Source: Alphaproteobacteria bacterium
Lineage (GTDB): Bacteria; Pseudomonadota; Alphaproteobacteria; CAAHEQ01; UBA3637
Direction: 5' to 3'
Assembly: GCA_017467335.1 (NCBI GenBank)
Contig: JAFTSJ010000027.1
Location: 109-64,108 of the forward strand
Length of the DNA: 64,000 bases
Numbering within the stretch: the stretch's first letter is position 1; every line of letters begins with the position of its first letter. Positions 52,453 through 63,900 of this stretch are shown in pieces. Position numbers and translations under genes: made by a program. The notes beneath the pieces were generated by a model. The model saw nothing but the letters and a program-made list of their open reading frames with translations. It was not told the origin of the DNA and made no database searches.

Positions 52453-54717
52453 TTAGGCGAATTTTTTTTTGAAATTACCTGTATATCGATTTTTTAAGGA
52501 TTGTCTGTTTTGAATTTTATGAATTAAATCATTCATTTGTCGGGCAGAATATTGTCGATGACAAAAATCCATTCTCAACCATGTAACCGGCAAATTATCA
52601 ATCATATCTCCGATATAAAACGGTTCATTTTTAAAGACGGTTGTTAAACAATTTTGGGAAACAGCTTGTAATAAATCGTGACCGTTTGATAAGGTATATC
52701 GTTCTAATTGATGCGTGCAGGAAGCACAATCATTCGGACGGATACAGTTTGCTGATATAAATAACGGTGTATCTTGATACACAATCAATGTTGTATTTGA
52801 TACGATATGCGTCAATTTATTGATGTTATCATATGTATCTTCAACACTCAATGTGATACCTGACGCATTATTTTCAAACATCATTGCGGCTGCCTGACTG
52901 TTTAAAACAGGGAGTGTGTAATCAAAATCAATATCTGCTTCTTTGGGTAAAAGATTTAATCCACTCCAATTGGTTATCTGCCATTTTGTATATCCTTCCT
53001 GCCAAAATGAATGAATAACCGTCTGAAAATTCATTTGACGCATAATGGTTGGAAACGCCAATCTGATTTTTGGAGTTGGTAACCCAATTAAATCTGCCGG
53101 CTTCATGAGTGTATTGATTTCAATAATAATTTCATCAATTGATGATAAATCCACCTCTTTTAAAACAGCAATATTATCTGTTTTTAAACGCCATTTAGGT
53201 ATGATTTGATTCGTTTTAAAATGAACGGACGGTAACGGCGGTATGGTCTGATTGATTGTTTGTTGGGCTTTTTTTTCAAACAGTTGACGCCGTAATTCAT
53301 TTAAAACAGATACGGGAATAAACAATTGATGCGGATTATGAATAATCAATGAATTGATTTGGAATTTTGTATCTCCTGTTTTTTCGAAACAATTTTGAAT
53401 ACTTTGTGATACCTTTTCAATTTGTCGGGCAGGAGAAAACGAATCGGTTAATGTTATTGATACATTACCGGAAACAGCCGTGACAGATGTCGGTTCAATA
53501 TAAACATTGACATCAATCGGTAATCTGTTTTTATAAAGCCCTTTTTTGGGACGTGTATAAGCATAAGAACTTTTAACCCGTGTTGAAGATGCTAAATATA
53601 CAGGGCTTCCTTTTTTGATGAAGGGAGCATTATCCGGTAAACAAACTGTAACAGATTGATGAGCTGAAACTTCAAATGTATGTTTTCCGTTGCTTGTCAT
53701 TTTTTCAACCGAAAAACCAAAAGGTTTTTCCATGCCTGCAACATCGATTTGAAGACCGTCATAACGAGCCAAAGCCGATGTGGGTCGAAATGTTATTTGT
53801 TTGTTCGCTATTTTTTCAACTTGCCCGATAAGTAATCCTCTATGTCCGACAAAATCAGGTTCTATCACATCTTTGTTTTTTTTGTTAAAATGCAATTTAG
53901 TCCATGGTCGGGCAAAAATTTGTTTTAAATTGGCTGTTAAAGAGGTATCAATTTTTCCCGTATCTAAAATACGTCGATAATAATCTGTAACTGCCCCGAC
54001 ATAGAGTGCATTTTTTTTACGTCCTTCAATTTTAAGTGATAAACCGGTTAATTGACAGACGTCTTTTTCCAATGCAAAATCTTTCATTGAAAACGGGTGA
54101 TATTGGTGATTATTTAATTTAAATACATTACGGCAGGAATAAACACATTTTCCACGATTAGCACTACGTGCCGTTGTCATTGATGAAAAATAACATAATC
54201 CGCTGTATGAATAACATAATGCCCCGTGAATAAATACTTCAACTTCTAATCCGGATTTTTGTTGAATGGTTTTAATTTCATTGAGTGATAATTCTCGTGC
54301 TAAAACAACCCGTTCAAAGCCTATTTTTTTCAAAGATAAGGCACCAGATAAATTATGAACAGCCATTTGTGTACTGGCATGTAATGTTAAGTTTGGAAAT
54401 GTTTTTTTGATGATACGGGCAACCCCGATATCTTGTACAATCAACGCATCAACTTGACAATCAGAACAAACCTGTAAGTGAAACATCAATTCGGATAGTT
54501 CATTTTCCTGCATTAGCGTATTTAATGCAACATATACTTTTTTTTGATGTGCGTGTGCAAATGCCGTAATTTCATCTAATTCTTCCGGTGAAAAATTAAC
54601 GGCTTCGGCACGAGCCGAAAAACGGTGTAATCCTAAATAGATAGCATCGGCTCCAAAATAAAAGGCACTGTATGCTGCTTCAATATCGCCGGCAGGGGCT
54701 AATAATTCCGTTTTCAT
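52453..54717 (-). CDS. U32-family protein (long RlhA/YdcP-like form)
   Basis: E.FIHGALCYSYSGLCYFSS...RSANRGKCVYSCR is the U32 signature. 754 aa with a long C-terminal extension. Confidence 0.8.
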   Translation of the reverse strand: MKTELLAPAGDIEAAYSAFYFGADAIYLGLHRFSARAEAVNFSPEELDEITAFAHAHQKKVYVALNTLMQENELSELMFHLQVCSDCQVDALIVQDIGVARIIKKTFPNLTLHASTQMAVHNLSGALSLKKIGFERVVLARELSLNEIKTIQQKSGLEVEVFIHGALCYSYSGLCYFSSMTTARSANRGKCVYSCRNVFKLNNHQYHPFSMKDFALEKDVCQLTGLSLKIEGRKKNALYVGAVTDYYRRILDTGKIDTSLTANLKQIFARPWTKLHFNKKNKDVIEPDFVGHRGLLIGQVEKIANKQITFRPTSALARYDGLQIDVAGMEKPFGFSVEKMTSNGKHTFEVSAHQSVTVCLPDNAPFIKKGSPVYLASSTRVKSSYAYTRPKKGLYKNRLPIDVNVYIEPTSVTAVSGNVSITLTDSFSPARQIEKVSQSIQNCFEKTGDTKFQINSLIIHNPHQLFIPVSVLNELRRQLFEKKAQQTINQTIPPLPSVHFKTNQIIPKWRLKTDNIAVLKEVDLSSIDEIIIEINTLMKPADLIGLPTPKIRLAFPTIMRQMNFQTVIHSFWQEGYTKWQITNWSGLNLLPKEADIDFDYTLPVLNSQAAAMMFENNASGITLSVEDTYDNINKLTHIVSNTTLIVYQDTPLFISANCIRPNDCASCTHQLERYTLSNGHDLLQAVSQNCLTTVFKNEPFYIGDMIDNLPVTWLRMDFCHRQYSARQMNDLIHKIQNRQSLKNRYTGNFKKKFA

Positions 54718-54725
54718 GGTTATCC

Positions 54726-55598
54726 TTATATCGTATCAAAAATAAGTGTTCCTTTATTTGCGTCTAAACGGGCGTTGCAACCCAACGGAAAAACAATATG
54801 GTCTTGCGTGTGCCCATATGGAAAATGTGTAACAACCGGTATTTTTTTATTTCCGAAATAATCATTGAAAACATCAATGACCGTGCCATCCGCCGAATCT
54901 TTGGCTGTGCAGTCTGAACAATCGGCAATAATAACGCCAGCTAGTTGAGATAATGAACCGGCTAATCTTAATTGATTAAGCATACGATCAATACGATACG
55001 GTTCTTCATGTACGTCTTCAACAACTAAAATGGTATCTGTTAAGTTGGGCATATAAGATGTTCCCAGTAATCCGCATAACAGCGTTAATGTTCCACCCAA
55101 AACAGGAGCATATGCCGTGCCGGGGATAATATGTTTTAATCCGGTAACTGTCAGGGGTTCTCCACGCAGTGCTTTTAATAACGTTTTTTCCATTTCAGAT
55201 CCCATTGGTTTTAAAATGAAGTTCGCATTAAATCCGGTGTAAGAAGGTAACTGAACCTGATGATAAAGTGCCATTTGTAAAGCCGTTAAATCACTAAAAC
55301 CGATAAACGGCTTTTTATGTTGGCGTATCATTTTGTAATCTAATTTATCTAAAATACGAGGACTGCCGTATCCACCCCTTAAAGCAATGATAACATCGGT
55401 TTGATTATCGGCAAATGCTTTGTTTATATCTTCGGCACGGTTGATATCCGTTCCGGCTAAATAGCGGTTTTGTTCAAAACAATGGGGGGCAAATTGTGCT
55501 TGAAATCCATGAGCTGAAAACCAATTTAAAATTGTTTCTTTTTCTTGTTGGGTTATTTCAATCGGCGAAGATGGGGCTACAATCGTTACGTTGGTCAT
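54726..55598 (-). CDS. ldcA: LD-carboxypeptidase (S66, muramoyl-tetrapeptide carboxypeptidase)
   Basis: Nucleophile motif GFSDLTAL, a later E...H pattern, 290 aa. Confidence 0.85.
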   Translation of the reverse strand: MTNVTIVAPSSPIEITQQEKETILNWFSAHGFQAQFAPHCFEQNRYLAGTDINRAEDINKAFADNQTDVIIALRGGYGSPRILDKLDYKMIRQHKKPFIGFSDLTALQMALYHQVQLPSYTGFNANFILKPMGSEMEKTLLKALRGEPLTVTGLKHIIPGTAYAPVLGGTLTLLCGLLGTSYMPNLTDTILVVEDVHEEPYRIDRMLNQLRLAGSLSQLAGVIIADCSDCTAKDSADGTVIDVFNDYFGNKKIPVVTHFPYGHTQDHIVFPLGCNARLDANKGTLIFDTI

Positions 55599-55614
55599 TT
55601 TTTTTCCTGTTATT

Positions 55615-56979
55615 CTATGAAAGAGTTGTTAATATGGTTTGAGCAAAATCACTTAATGTGTCATCACGTGCCCCCATAACAACGATTCTATCGGTCGGTT
55701 GCACATGGTGAATTAAAAATTGAAGTGTTTCTTGCCGTGTCGGTATGTAAAATGCTTGTTGATTACTTTGTGATACAGGGGCAATAACATCATTCGATGA
55801 AATATTTCGAACAACCGTTCCACCGGCATAAAATACGTCATTCATAATCCAAAATGTTCGGCTATCCAGTTGATTTTTTAATAATGTAATCAAATTGTCT
55901 TTCATCATACGCAACGGAGCAAATCCATGAGGTTGATAAACAACAAAAATCCGTCCTTTATGTAATTGCAACGCCTGTAATGCTGCTTTGATTTTTTCAG
56001 GATTATGTGCATAATCATCAATAACCGTTATGTTGTTGACAGAGCCGATGGTTTGCAGTCGCCGTTTTGTACCTAAAAAAGATTGCAAGGCAAAAATACT
56101 TTCTTCCACTGAAATTTCAATATGAAGGCAGGCACAAATAGCCGTTAACGCATTTTCAAGATTGTGTTTTCCGATAAACGGCAAATGATATGTTTTTCCT
56201 TGTAATTGAAAAGAAATACCCGTGTCATCGTATTGAATGTGTTGCGGACTGATAGTTGCTTCCTGTCCGGTAACGGAAAAAGAAACAATATTGGCATGAG
56301 TTAAATTAAGTTGAGCTGAATAGGGGCAGTCTTTATTGATAACACCGCCTTTTTCGGCTCGATTCAAAAAATCCGAAAACAAAGGTAATGTTTCTTCGAT
56401 TGGTTTGTGGTCAAGCGAAATATTTGTTAATACGCTGATATACGGATTGTACAGAGCAATAGAACCGTCTGACTCATCGGCTTCAATAACACATAATTCA
56501 CCTTGTCCGTAAATTAAATTAGATTTATCCTCTTTATGATAAGTATTCAGTCCGATACCACCGTTAATCATTGTCGGACTTTTTTTTAACACATATAAAA
56601 TATGACCAATCATTGCCGTAACGGTTGTTTTACCGCTTGTGCCTCCGACCGCAATACCTTTGTGCATGTGAAAAATATCAGCCAATACTTCTGCTCGTTT
56701 GATGATTTTTAATCCTAAATCTTTGGCTTTTTTGACATCCGGAATAGATTCTTCAATTGCACTGGATACCACAAAAACATTTATGTCAGGTGTAACACCG
56801 CTTCCATCTTGAGGTACAAGTTGAATACCGTTTTTAAGCAATGTTTCATGAACGGCATTATGTTGTCGATTATCAAAAGACCTATCTGACCCGATAACAC
56901 GATGTCCGTTTTTTTTCAGATAAAGTGCAATTGCACTCATCCCTATTCCGCCAATACCACAGAAAAAAAAGGTTGCCAT
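55615..56979 (-). CDS. Mur ligase, MurC-type (possibly an Mpl-like recycling ligase)
   Basis: FFCGIGGIGMSAIALYL..G..V.GSD, GGTSGKTT, EADESDGS. It lies outside any dcw cluster and next to ldcA. Confidence 0.75.
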   Translation of the reverse strand: MATFFFCGIGGIGMSAIALYLKKNGHRVIGSDRSFDNRQHNAVHETLLKNGIQLVPQDGSGVTPDINVFVVSSAIEESIPDVKKAKDLGLKIIKRAEVLADIFHMHKGIAVGGTSGKTTVTAMIGHILYVLKKSPTMINGGIGLNTYHKEDKSNLIYGQGELCVIEADESDGSIALYNPYISVLTNISLDHKPIEETLPLFSDFLNRAEKGGVINKDCPYSAQLNLTHANIVSFSVTGQEATISPQHIQYDDTGISFQLQGKTYHLPFIGKHNLENALTAICACLHIEISVEESIFALQSFLGTKRRLQTIGSVNNITVIDDYAHNPEKIKAALQALQLHKGRIFVVYQPHGFAPLRMMKDNLITLLKNQLDSRTFWIMNDVFYAGGTVVRNISSNDVIAPVSQSNQQAFYIPTRQETLQFLIHHVQPTDRIVVMGARDDTLSDFAQTILTTLS

Positions 56980-57066
56980 TTTAAAATAATTCCTCTAAAA
57001 TAGATAATATAACTTAGAGATTACTCTACACTTATTTTTTTTTAAAGTAAAGGGAGGTTTGCTGAA

Positions 57067-57720
57067 ATGATTAAATTTTTGTGTTTGTTAGCGGTGTTTA
57101 TGATTGCAACGCAGGCAACGGCTCAAAATACGGATGGATTGTTTCCTGAATTGGCTTCACGGAAACGACCTGTTCAAGAACAAAAACAAGATCAACCGGT
57201 TGTTTCGTCATTGTTTGATGAGGAAAGTGAGCAAGAAGCTGAAACACGGCAAAATGAAGCTATCCGTTCTGCATTAAGCGAACCGGATGGTAACTTTGAT
57301 GATGCCTTACAACAAGGGGGGCAAAATCAAGCACCGACAGTCAGTAAAGCTGAACAAGGCTTTTTTATTTTTAAGCCCAGTAATGTTCAAATTGTGACAC
57401 CGACAATTGCTCGCTTTCAATTTTGTACATCACATTTAACTTTATCAAATTATTCAGACGGTAATTTAAAAACATTAGGTGTTGTTTTTGAATATACGCC
57501 GATTGTCCTGCCATATACATACACCAATATCAATATGGGTGACCAAAAAACAAATGTCTTATCGTTAGGTGGGGAAGCATGTCAAATGTTACGGCGAATA
57601 CCGAATATTAAGATAACGAAATGTGAAGCAACTCGTATCGTTGAAAAAAATGGTCAGAAGACGGAAGAACCTATTTCAGAAGAAGAATGCAAATCAAAAG
57701 TTAAATTCGTGATGAATTAA
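57067..57720 (+). CDS. Secreted hypothetical protein
   Basis: Signal peptide MIKFLCLLAVFMIATQATA|Q, an acidic low-complexity N-terminal half, 4 Cys in the C-terminal half. GGGAGG RBS. Confidence 0.6.
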   Translation: MIKFLCLLAVFMIATQATAQNTDGLFPELASRKRPVQEQKQDQPVVSSLFDEESEQEAETRQNEAIRSALSEPDGNFDDALQQGGQNQAPTVSKAEQGFFIFKPSNVQIVTPTIARFQFCTSHLTLSNYSDGNLKTLGVVFEYTPIVLPYTYTNINMGDQKTNVLSLGGEACQMLRRIPNIKITKCEATRIVEKNGQKTEEPISEEECKSKVKFVMN

Positions 57721-57721
57721 C

Positions 57722-59422
57722 ATGAAACGATTTTTGGTTTGGATATGTTGTTGTTTTGTTATGGTATGTGTGGTTTCTACGGAAGCCACATCTTCCGTTC
57801 AATTAAAGAAAACAGATGTTCAAATTCTTAAAAATGTTTTTTCATTACACCGTCAAGGGCAATATAAAAAAGCATCGGAACAAGCTAAAAAAATTCAAAA
57901 TCCTGTTTTAAACGGGTATGTTTTGTTTCATAAATATATGAGTGCCCGATATAATACAAAAAAATCAGAAATTGAGCAGTGGCTGAAAAAATACGGTGAT
58001 TTAGCTGTTGCTCCGGAATTATATGCGTTGGCAAAACGAAAAAACATGTCTTTAAAAACACCTAAACCCAAAGATGTTTTATATGGGGGGCAATCAAAGG
58101 CTTGTTCTTATATTCGTCGAGATGAACCCATTGATTTAATTCGTAAAAGAACTTTTTCAGAATTATCGGGTGAAAAGCAAAAAAAAGCCCGTCAATCTTT
58201 TAAAAAATTGCGACAATATATTGTAAAAGGCGAAACGTTGAATGCGAAAAAATTGATAGAAAGTCGTGATTTTCAGTCACTACACCAAGACAAAGACATG
58301 GCGTTGGCTCATACGGTGTTGGCTTTTTCGTATTTTTTAGATGGTCAGTTCGGATTATCTTTATCACAGGCTGAAAAAGCAATTGGGAGAGATGCCTTAT
58401 CAACACCGTTGGCATATTGGACGGCCGGTTTGGCATCGTGGCAGTTGGAAAATTATCGAAAAGCAGCTCAATATTTTTCACAAACGGTATCTCATGCAGA
58501 TATTTATCCTTTATTAAGAAGCAGTTCTGCTTTTTGGGCGGCTCGTTCTTTTTTAAAAACAGGGTCGTATGATAAAGTAGGGGATTTATTGGATATTGCT
58601 TCTCAACAGCCTGATACGCTTTATGGTATGTTGGCTATGCACATGTTGGGAATGCCCATCAGTTCGATTTGGAATCGTCATTTAATTATTCAAAAACAAA
58701 AAAGCATTCGTTTTTCACATCCGGCATTGAATCGTTTTTATACATTAAAACAAATAGGACAAGATGAATGGGCGACCAAAGAATTAACAAAATTGTATTT
58801 AGAATCTGAAGATAAAACAAAGAAAAAATTATTGCATATATCTCAAAAACACGGATTTGAAAATGAATTGATTGATTTAGCGGGTGTGTCCGGTCATAAA
58901 AACGAACGTTTCCCGTTACCTCAATGGAAACCGATAAACGGTTGGCAATTGGATAAAGCTTTGGTGTATGCTTATGTTCGTCAGGAATCATGTTTTAATC
59001 CGTCTGCCAAAAGTGCAGTCGGGGCTCGGGGTGTTATGCAGATAATGCCGGCAACGGGGCAATATATGGCTCAAAAAAACAATATGAAGTGGAGTTTAAG
59101 CCGAATGGAAAACGTTTCATATAATTTATCATTGGGTCAATATTATTTAGAATATTTAATGAAATTACCGGTTGTTTCAGATAATTTGATTTATTTAGCC
59201 GTTGCTTATAACGGTGGTCCCGGTAATCTTACCAAATGGAAACGTCAAATTAAACAAACGACTGATCCATTGATGTTTATTGAAAGTATTCCATCTCGTG
59301 AAACACGCAGTTTTGTTGAACGAATTATGGTGAATTATTGGGTGTATCGTTCTTTAACGGGACAATCTTTTTCAACGATGGATGATATCATAGCCGGTCG
59401 TTGGCCATTGTACGTGCCGTAA
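57722..59422 (+). CDS. slt: Soluble lytic murein transglycosylase (Slt70-like)
   Basis: Signal peptide, a superhelical N-terminal region, and an SLT catalytic motif with the Glu in VRQESCFNPSAKSAVGARGVMQIMPATG. Confidence 0.88.
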   Translation: MKRFLVWICCCFVMVCVVSTEATSSVQLKKTDVQILKNVFSLHRQGQYKKASEQAKKIQNPVLNGYVLFHKYMSARYNTKKSEIEQWLKKYGDLAVAPELYALAKRKNMSLKTPKPKDVLYGGQSKACSYIRRDEPIDLIRKRTFSELSGEKQKKARQSFKKLRQYIVKGETLNAKKLIESRDFQSLHQDKDMALAHTVLAFSYFLDGQFGLSLSQAEKAIGRDALSTPLAYWTAGLASWQLENYRKAAQYFSQTVSHADIYPLLRSSSAFWAARSFLKTGSYDKVGDLLDIASQQPDTLYGMLAMHMLGMPISSIWNRHLIIQKQKSIRFSHPALNRFYTLKQIGQDEWATKELTKLYLESEDKTKKKLLHISQKHGFENELIDLAGVSGHKNERFPLPQWKPINGWQLDKALVYAYVRQESCFNPSAKSAVGARGVMQIMPATGQYMAQKNNMKWSLSRMENVSYNLSLGQYYLEYLMKLPVVSDNLIYLAVAYNGGPGNLTKWKRQIKQTTDPLMFIESIPSRETRSFVERIMVNYWVYRSLTGQSFSTMDDIIAGRWPLYVP

Positions 59423-59428
59423 AAGAAT

Positions 59429-60037
59429 TTATTTTAAAAATGAATTGAGGATATCAATTGTTTCTTGCGTATGAGTTGTTGTAAAGGTTGTCATGCCTAG
59501 ATGATGATAAATATCCGTGACGTCTTTTGCCTTGTCAATTAAAATACAATCTTGATACGTTAATTGATGTTTTTTCAGATAGGCAACAAAAAAAGGGTAA
59601 TTGTTATTTTCATCTTGTTGTGTTTTTAAAAAGCCGACTTCGGCAGAAGAAATATAATCATCAAAATAATCTTCCAAATGAAGGTATGGATATAAATAAT
59701 TACCGAAAATATCAACGTGATTTGTGGCGATAACCACTTTGTATCCGTACCGGCGTACTTGTTGAATAAGTGATAATAATTCCGCTTCAACGGTAATATT
59801 TGACATCCAATTCATTGTTTGTGTTTGAATGACTTCTTTGGGAATCCCATAGGTGTTTAAATGATGCCAAATATTACAAAACGATACACGTCCGGTTAAC
59901 CAATCATTTTTCAAAGGTGTATCTAAAACATGTTCTTGTAAAAATTGAAATAACGAATGGTTTTGTGTTTCCAAATGATGCCATATCGGTTGATAGGAGA
60001 GCGTTTGAAACCAATTGATGAAAATAACTTTGTTCAT
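59429..60037 (-). CDS. HAD-like fold protein with a degenerate motif I
   Basis: VIFINWFQTLS occupies the place of the DxDxT motif. VVIATN and LIDKAKD resemble HAD motifs II and IV (weak). Confidence 0.4.
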   Translation of the reverse strand: MNKVIFINWFQTLSYQPIWHHLETQNHSLFQFLQEHVLDTPLKNDWLTGRVSFCNIWHHLNTYGIPKEVIQTQTMNWMSNITVEAELLSLIQQVRRYGYKVVIATNHVDIFGNYLYPYLHLEDYFDDYISSAEVGFLKTQQDENNNYPFFVAYLKKHQLTYQDCILIDKAKDVTDIYHHLGMTTFTTTHTQETIDILNSFLK

Positions 60038-60147
60038 AAGCCCTCCTTTTATATCTATATCCGTCCCATATTTTCAGTGTATCATACTTCCTTTAAAAGT
60101 CAAGGCGGATTATCATGTCGTTTTAATCAAGACGTATTGATTAGAGA

Positions 60148-60717
60148 TTAGTTTTCATTTTTTATTTTAGCAAATATATTTAAATCACGGTACATACGAA
60201 ATTGATTACTCCAACAGGAATGGCGTAGTGTTCCTTCTAATCGATAACCGCTTTTAATAGCTAAATTACGAGCACCGTAATTTTCAATATCACTGCGAAT
60301 CATAATGCGTTCAAATTCTAAAAAGAAAAATTCTTTTTCAATCAAACGCAAAGCTTCACGCATAAATCCACGGCGAGAATAGTCTTTGGCAATCCAAAAA
60401 CCAACTTCAACGCTTTTATGTTCCGGATAGGGTTGATAAACCCCGATAACGCCAATCAGTTTTGATGAACGTGTTTCGTAAATTAAATACTCAAACGCAT
60501 ATTGTGATTTCCATTTTTCAACCATGTTTGTTAAATGAACAAAAGCATCTTCCGGAGAACCGGTAATCATTTTATCTGCCATGTCAACCCACGGTAGTAA
60601 ATATTTACGATTTTTATCAACTAACTGATATAAAGCATTGGCTGTTTCAAATGTTGCCATGGGCTTATGTAGTTGTATGCGGTCACTTTCTAAAACAGTT
60701 CTGGGTTCAAATAACAT
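60148..60717 (-). CDS. GNAT acetyltransferase, RimJ/RimL-like
   Basis: 189 aa with the RRGFMREAL acetyl-CoA motif and the typical RimJ-type layout. Confidence 0.75.
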   Translation of the reverse strand: MLFEPRTVLESDRIQLHKPMATFETANALYQLVDKNRKYLLPWVDMADKMITGSPEDAFVHLTNMVEKWKSQYAFEYLIYETRSSKLIGVIGVYQPYPEHKSVEVGFWIAKDYSRRGFMREALRLIEKEFFFLEFERIMIRSDIENYGARNLAIKSGYRLEGTLRHSCWSNQFRMYRDLNIFAKIKNEN

Positions 60718-60957
60718 CTTTTCTCCTTTGGTTAGACAGGTTAAACAAACAAGGGATATATTCCTGTATGTGAATATAACTATATGTTATCTAAAAATCC
60801 AGTAAAAAAGTTAAAAATTTTAAAAAATATATATCATAAGTTGTTTTTTACAATTTTAAGTTGTTTAAAATATGGTAAAAAAAGCAATATATCAGGTTAA
60901 TATCATATTTTTTTTACATCTGAAACATGCTATTGTAATCATAACAAATCAAATAAT

Positions 60958-60996
60958 AAAAAACCACATCATTTTGGATATGATATGGTTTTTTTT
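60958..60996 (-). terminator. Rho-independent terminator of the RND pump gene
   Basis: aaaaaaccacatca ... tgatatggtttttttt hairpin (one mismatch), directly after the stop at 60999-61001. Confidence 0.7.
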
Positions 60997-60998
60997 AT

Positions 60999-63900
60999 TT
61001 ACATGTTTTTGTGTTTTTGGCTTCGTTCAATAATTGTCTGCACAAGTACATAAAGTAAAGGTATTAAAATCAATCCGATACATGTACCGACCAACATACC
61101 GTAAAAAACGGGAACACCGATTGCACGCCGACTGGCTGCACCGGCACCGGTTGCAACAATCATAGGGAAAACGCCCAAAATGAATGTAAATGCTGTCATT
61201 AAAACAGCTCTGAATCGAACGGTTAACCCTTTTAAAGCCGAATGAATAATATCCGTGCCTGTTTTTCGTTCCTCTTTGGCAAATTCGACAATTAAAATGG
61301 CGTTTTTCGCAGCTAACCCAATCAGCAAAATTAACCCCAATTGTGCATAAATACTTAAAGGTAATTCTGTTAACCACAGCCCGACTAAACCGCCGACAAC
61401 GGCTACTACCACACTCAATAAAACGGAAATCGGAACTGTCCAACTTTCGTATTGAGCAACCAAAAATAAGTAACCGAATAAAACAGCCAATAAAATTAAG
61501 TAAAGGATTTGTCCTTCGTTTTTCTTTTCCTGAAAACTCATATCAGACCATTCATACGCATAATCTTTCGGTAATTGGGTTAAGGCTAATTGTTCAACCA
61601 AATTCATGACTTGACCTGAACTGGCATCAGCATTTGTCATAATTGTAACACCGGCAGCCGGATATTGGTTATAACGCAAAATTTGTCGAGGGGATAAAAT
61701 TGGTTTTAAATCGACAAAAGTTGTTAACGGAACCATTTTCCCCGATTGACTGGGAACGTAAATATGACGCAAACTTTCTATATCTTTTCGATATTTCCAA
61801 TCAGATTGAACAATAACTTGATTAACTTGTGTCCCAAAGTTAATATCATTGATATACCGTGAGCCTAAATAGCTTTCCAACGAGGCGAAAATATTAGCCA
61901 ATGGAACTTGCATGGCTTCGGCTTTCAATCGGTCAATTTCTAAATAAATGTTCGGTGTTTTGGCTGTAAAATTTGAAAATGCATGCGAAACAGATTCATC
62001 CATCATTAAGCGTCCCATAAATGAACGGGTCGTATTGTCTAATCGTTCATAATTTGTATCATTTAATGATTGTATTTTCAATGATAACCCACCGGACATA
62101 CCCAGTCCCGGAATAGATGGTAACTCCATCAATTGAAATTCTGCTTCCGGAAACGGAGCTAATTTTTCTTTAATGCGTTGCAAAATAGAACCGGAATGCA
62201 AATTTGTATCATTTCTGTCTTTCCAGTGAGCCAAAGAAATCATACCCATAGCCATATTTTCACCGCTACCGCCTGTCATACTATGACCGATAATCGTCAT
62301 GACATCCGTTACTCCTTGTTCTTCTTGAAGCAAAGGCGTGACCCGTTTAACAATTTCTTCCGTTCGTTTAAAGGAAGCTCCTTCCGGCAACTGGATATTC
62401 ATCAAAATTTTTCCTTGGTCTTCGTTTGGAATAAAGGATGTTTGTAAAGAAGACAGCATACCATAAGCTGTTGCCACAAATAAAATGAATATAATTCCGA
62501 TAACGGTTAATTTACGAGCCAATTTTTCAACAATCCATCGATAGGCAGATGAAGATTTGTGAACCCCTTTATCAAACAAAACCAACCAACGCAAATGCAA
62601 AAGATTGTTTTTGCGGAGCATTGTTGAACAAATGGCCGGTGATAATGTCAAGGCATTTAATGTTGAAAAACAAACGGCACAAGAAATCGTAACGGCAAAT
62701 TGTTGATAAATTTTTCCGGTTACACTTCCCATAAAAGCAATCGGGACAAAGATTGCCAATAAAACAAGCGTTGTTGCAATAAGAGCTCCCGAAATTTCTG
62801 ACATGGTTTGAATGGTTGCTTCACGAGGTGATTTATTTTCGTTATTCATGAGGGTCATAACCCGTTCAACAACACAAATAGCGTCATCAACGACAACCCC
62901 GATAGCCAATACCAATCCAAACAACGTGAACATATTGATTGTATAATTTAAAACCAGCATAACGGCAAATGTTGCCAATAATGATACGGGAATGGTACAT
63001 GTCGGCACAAGCGTTGCTCGCCAATCCTGTAAAAAAATAAAACAGACAAATACAACCAATATAAATGTTAAAATAAGTGTCCAAGCAACTTCGGATATTG
63101 ATTCATTGATGTAATCGGTTGTATCCATGGCAACGGTATATTGAAAATCGGGAGGAAAAAATTGTTTTAAACGTTCCAATTCTTTTTCAACACCTTCCAT
63201 TGTTGCTAAAGCATTAGCACCGGATGAAAGATTGATACCCATTGTAACGGAAGGTAATGTATTATATTCAGATTGATGTGAATAATTTTCTGAGCCGATT
63301 TCAATTCGGGCAACATCTTGTAGTCGAACAAGACCGCCTTGTTTATCCGTTCTGACGATAATATTGCCAAAATCCTGAACCGTATTGATACGTCCTTTTG
63401 TCTGCAAAGAATAAACCATCAGGTTATCCCCTTCGGCAGGGCGAACACCCAATTGCCCTAATGAAGGCTGATCATTTTGACTTTCAATCGCTGTTCGGAT
63501 ATGGTCAACAGTCAAATTTAAAGCAGACATTTTATCAGCATCCAGCCAAATTCGCATACTTTTTTTAGAACCGAAAACCGTTAAATCACCAACACCATTG
63601 ACTTTTGTTAATGCTTTTTGGATGTTATTTTGAATATAGTCACTCATAAAATAGGTATCATGCGTTCCCTTAGGTGACGTAAATGTGATAAATGCCAACA
63701 TACTGGAAGAACGGCGTCTGACGGTTAATCCACGCCGTTGAACTTCAGGCGGTAAAGATGAATTAGCCTGTTGAATACGATTTTGTATTTTAACTTGAGC
63801 AATATCCGGATCAACATAAGGTTCAAATGTAATGGTTAATGAATAAGAACCATCTGATGATGTTGAACTCATATACATCATGTCTTCAACCCCGTTGATT

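Noticed and set aside
61027-61443. 138-aa ORF inside the RND pump gene, and many similar 60-120-aa ORFs in the track (for example 1326..1511, 4658..4942, 30102..30425, 37396..37758, 39608..39976, 46814..47244)
   Set aside because: All lie in alternative or antisense frames of long, well-supported genes. Their low-complexity or Cys/Arg-skewed translations are typical of AT-rich shadow frames.
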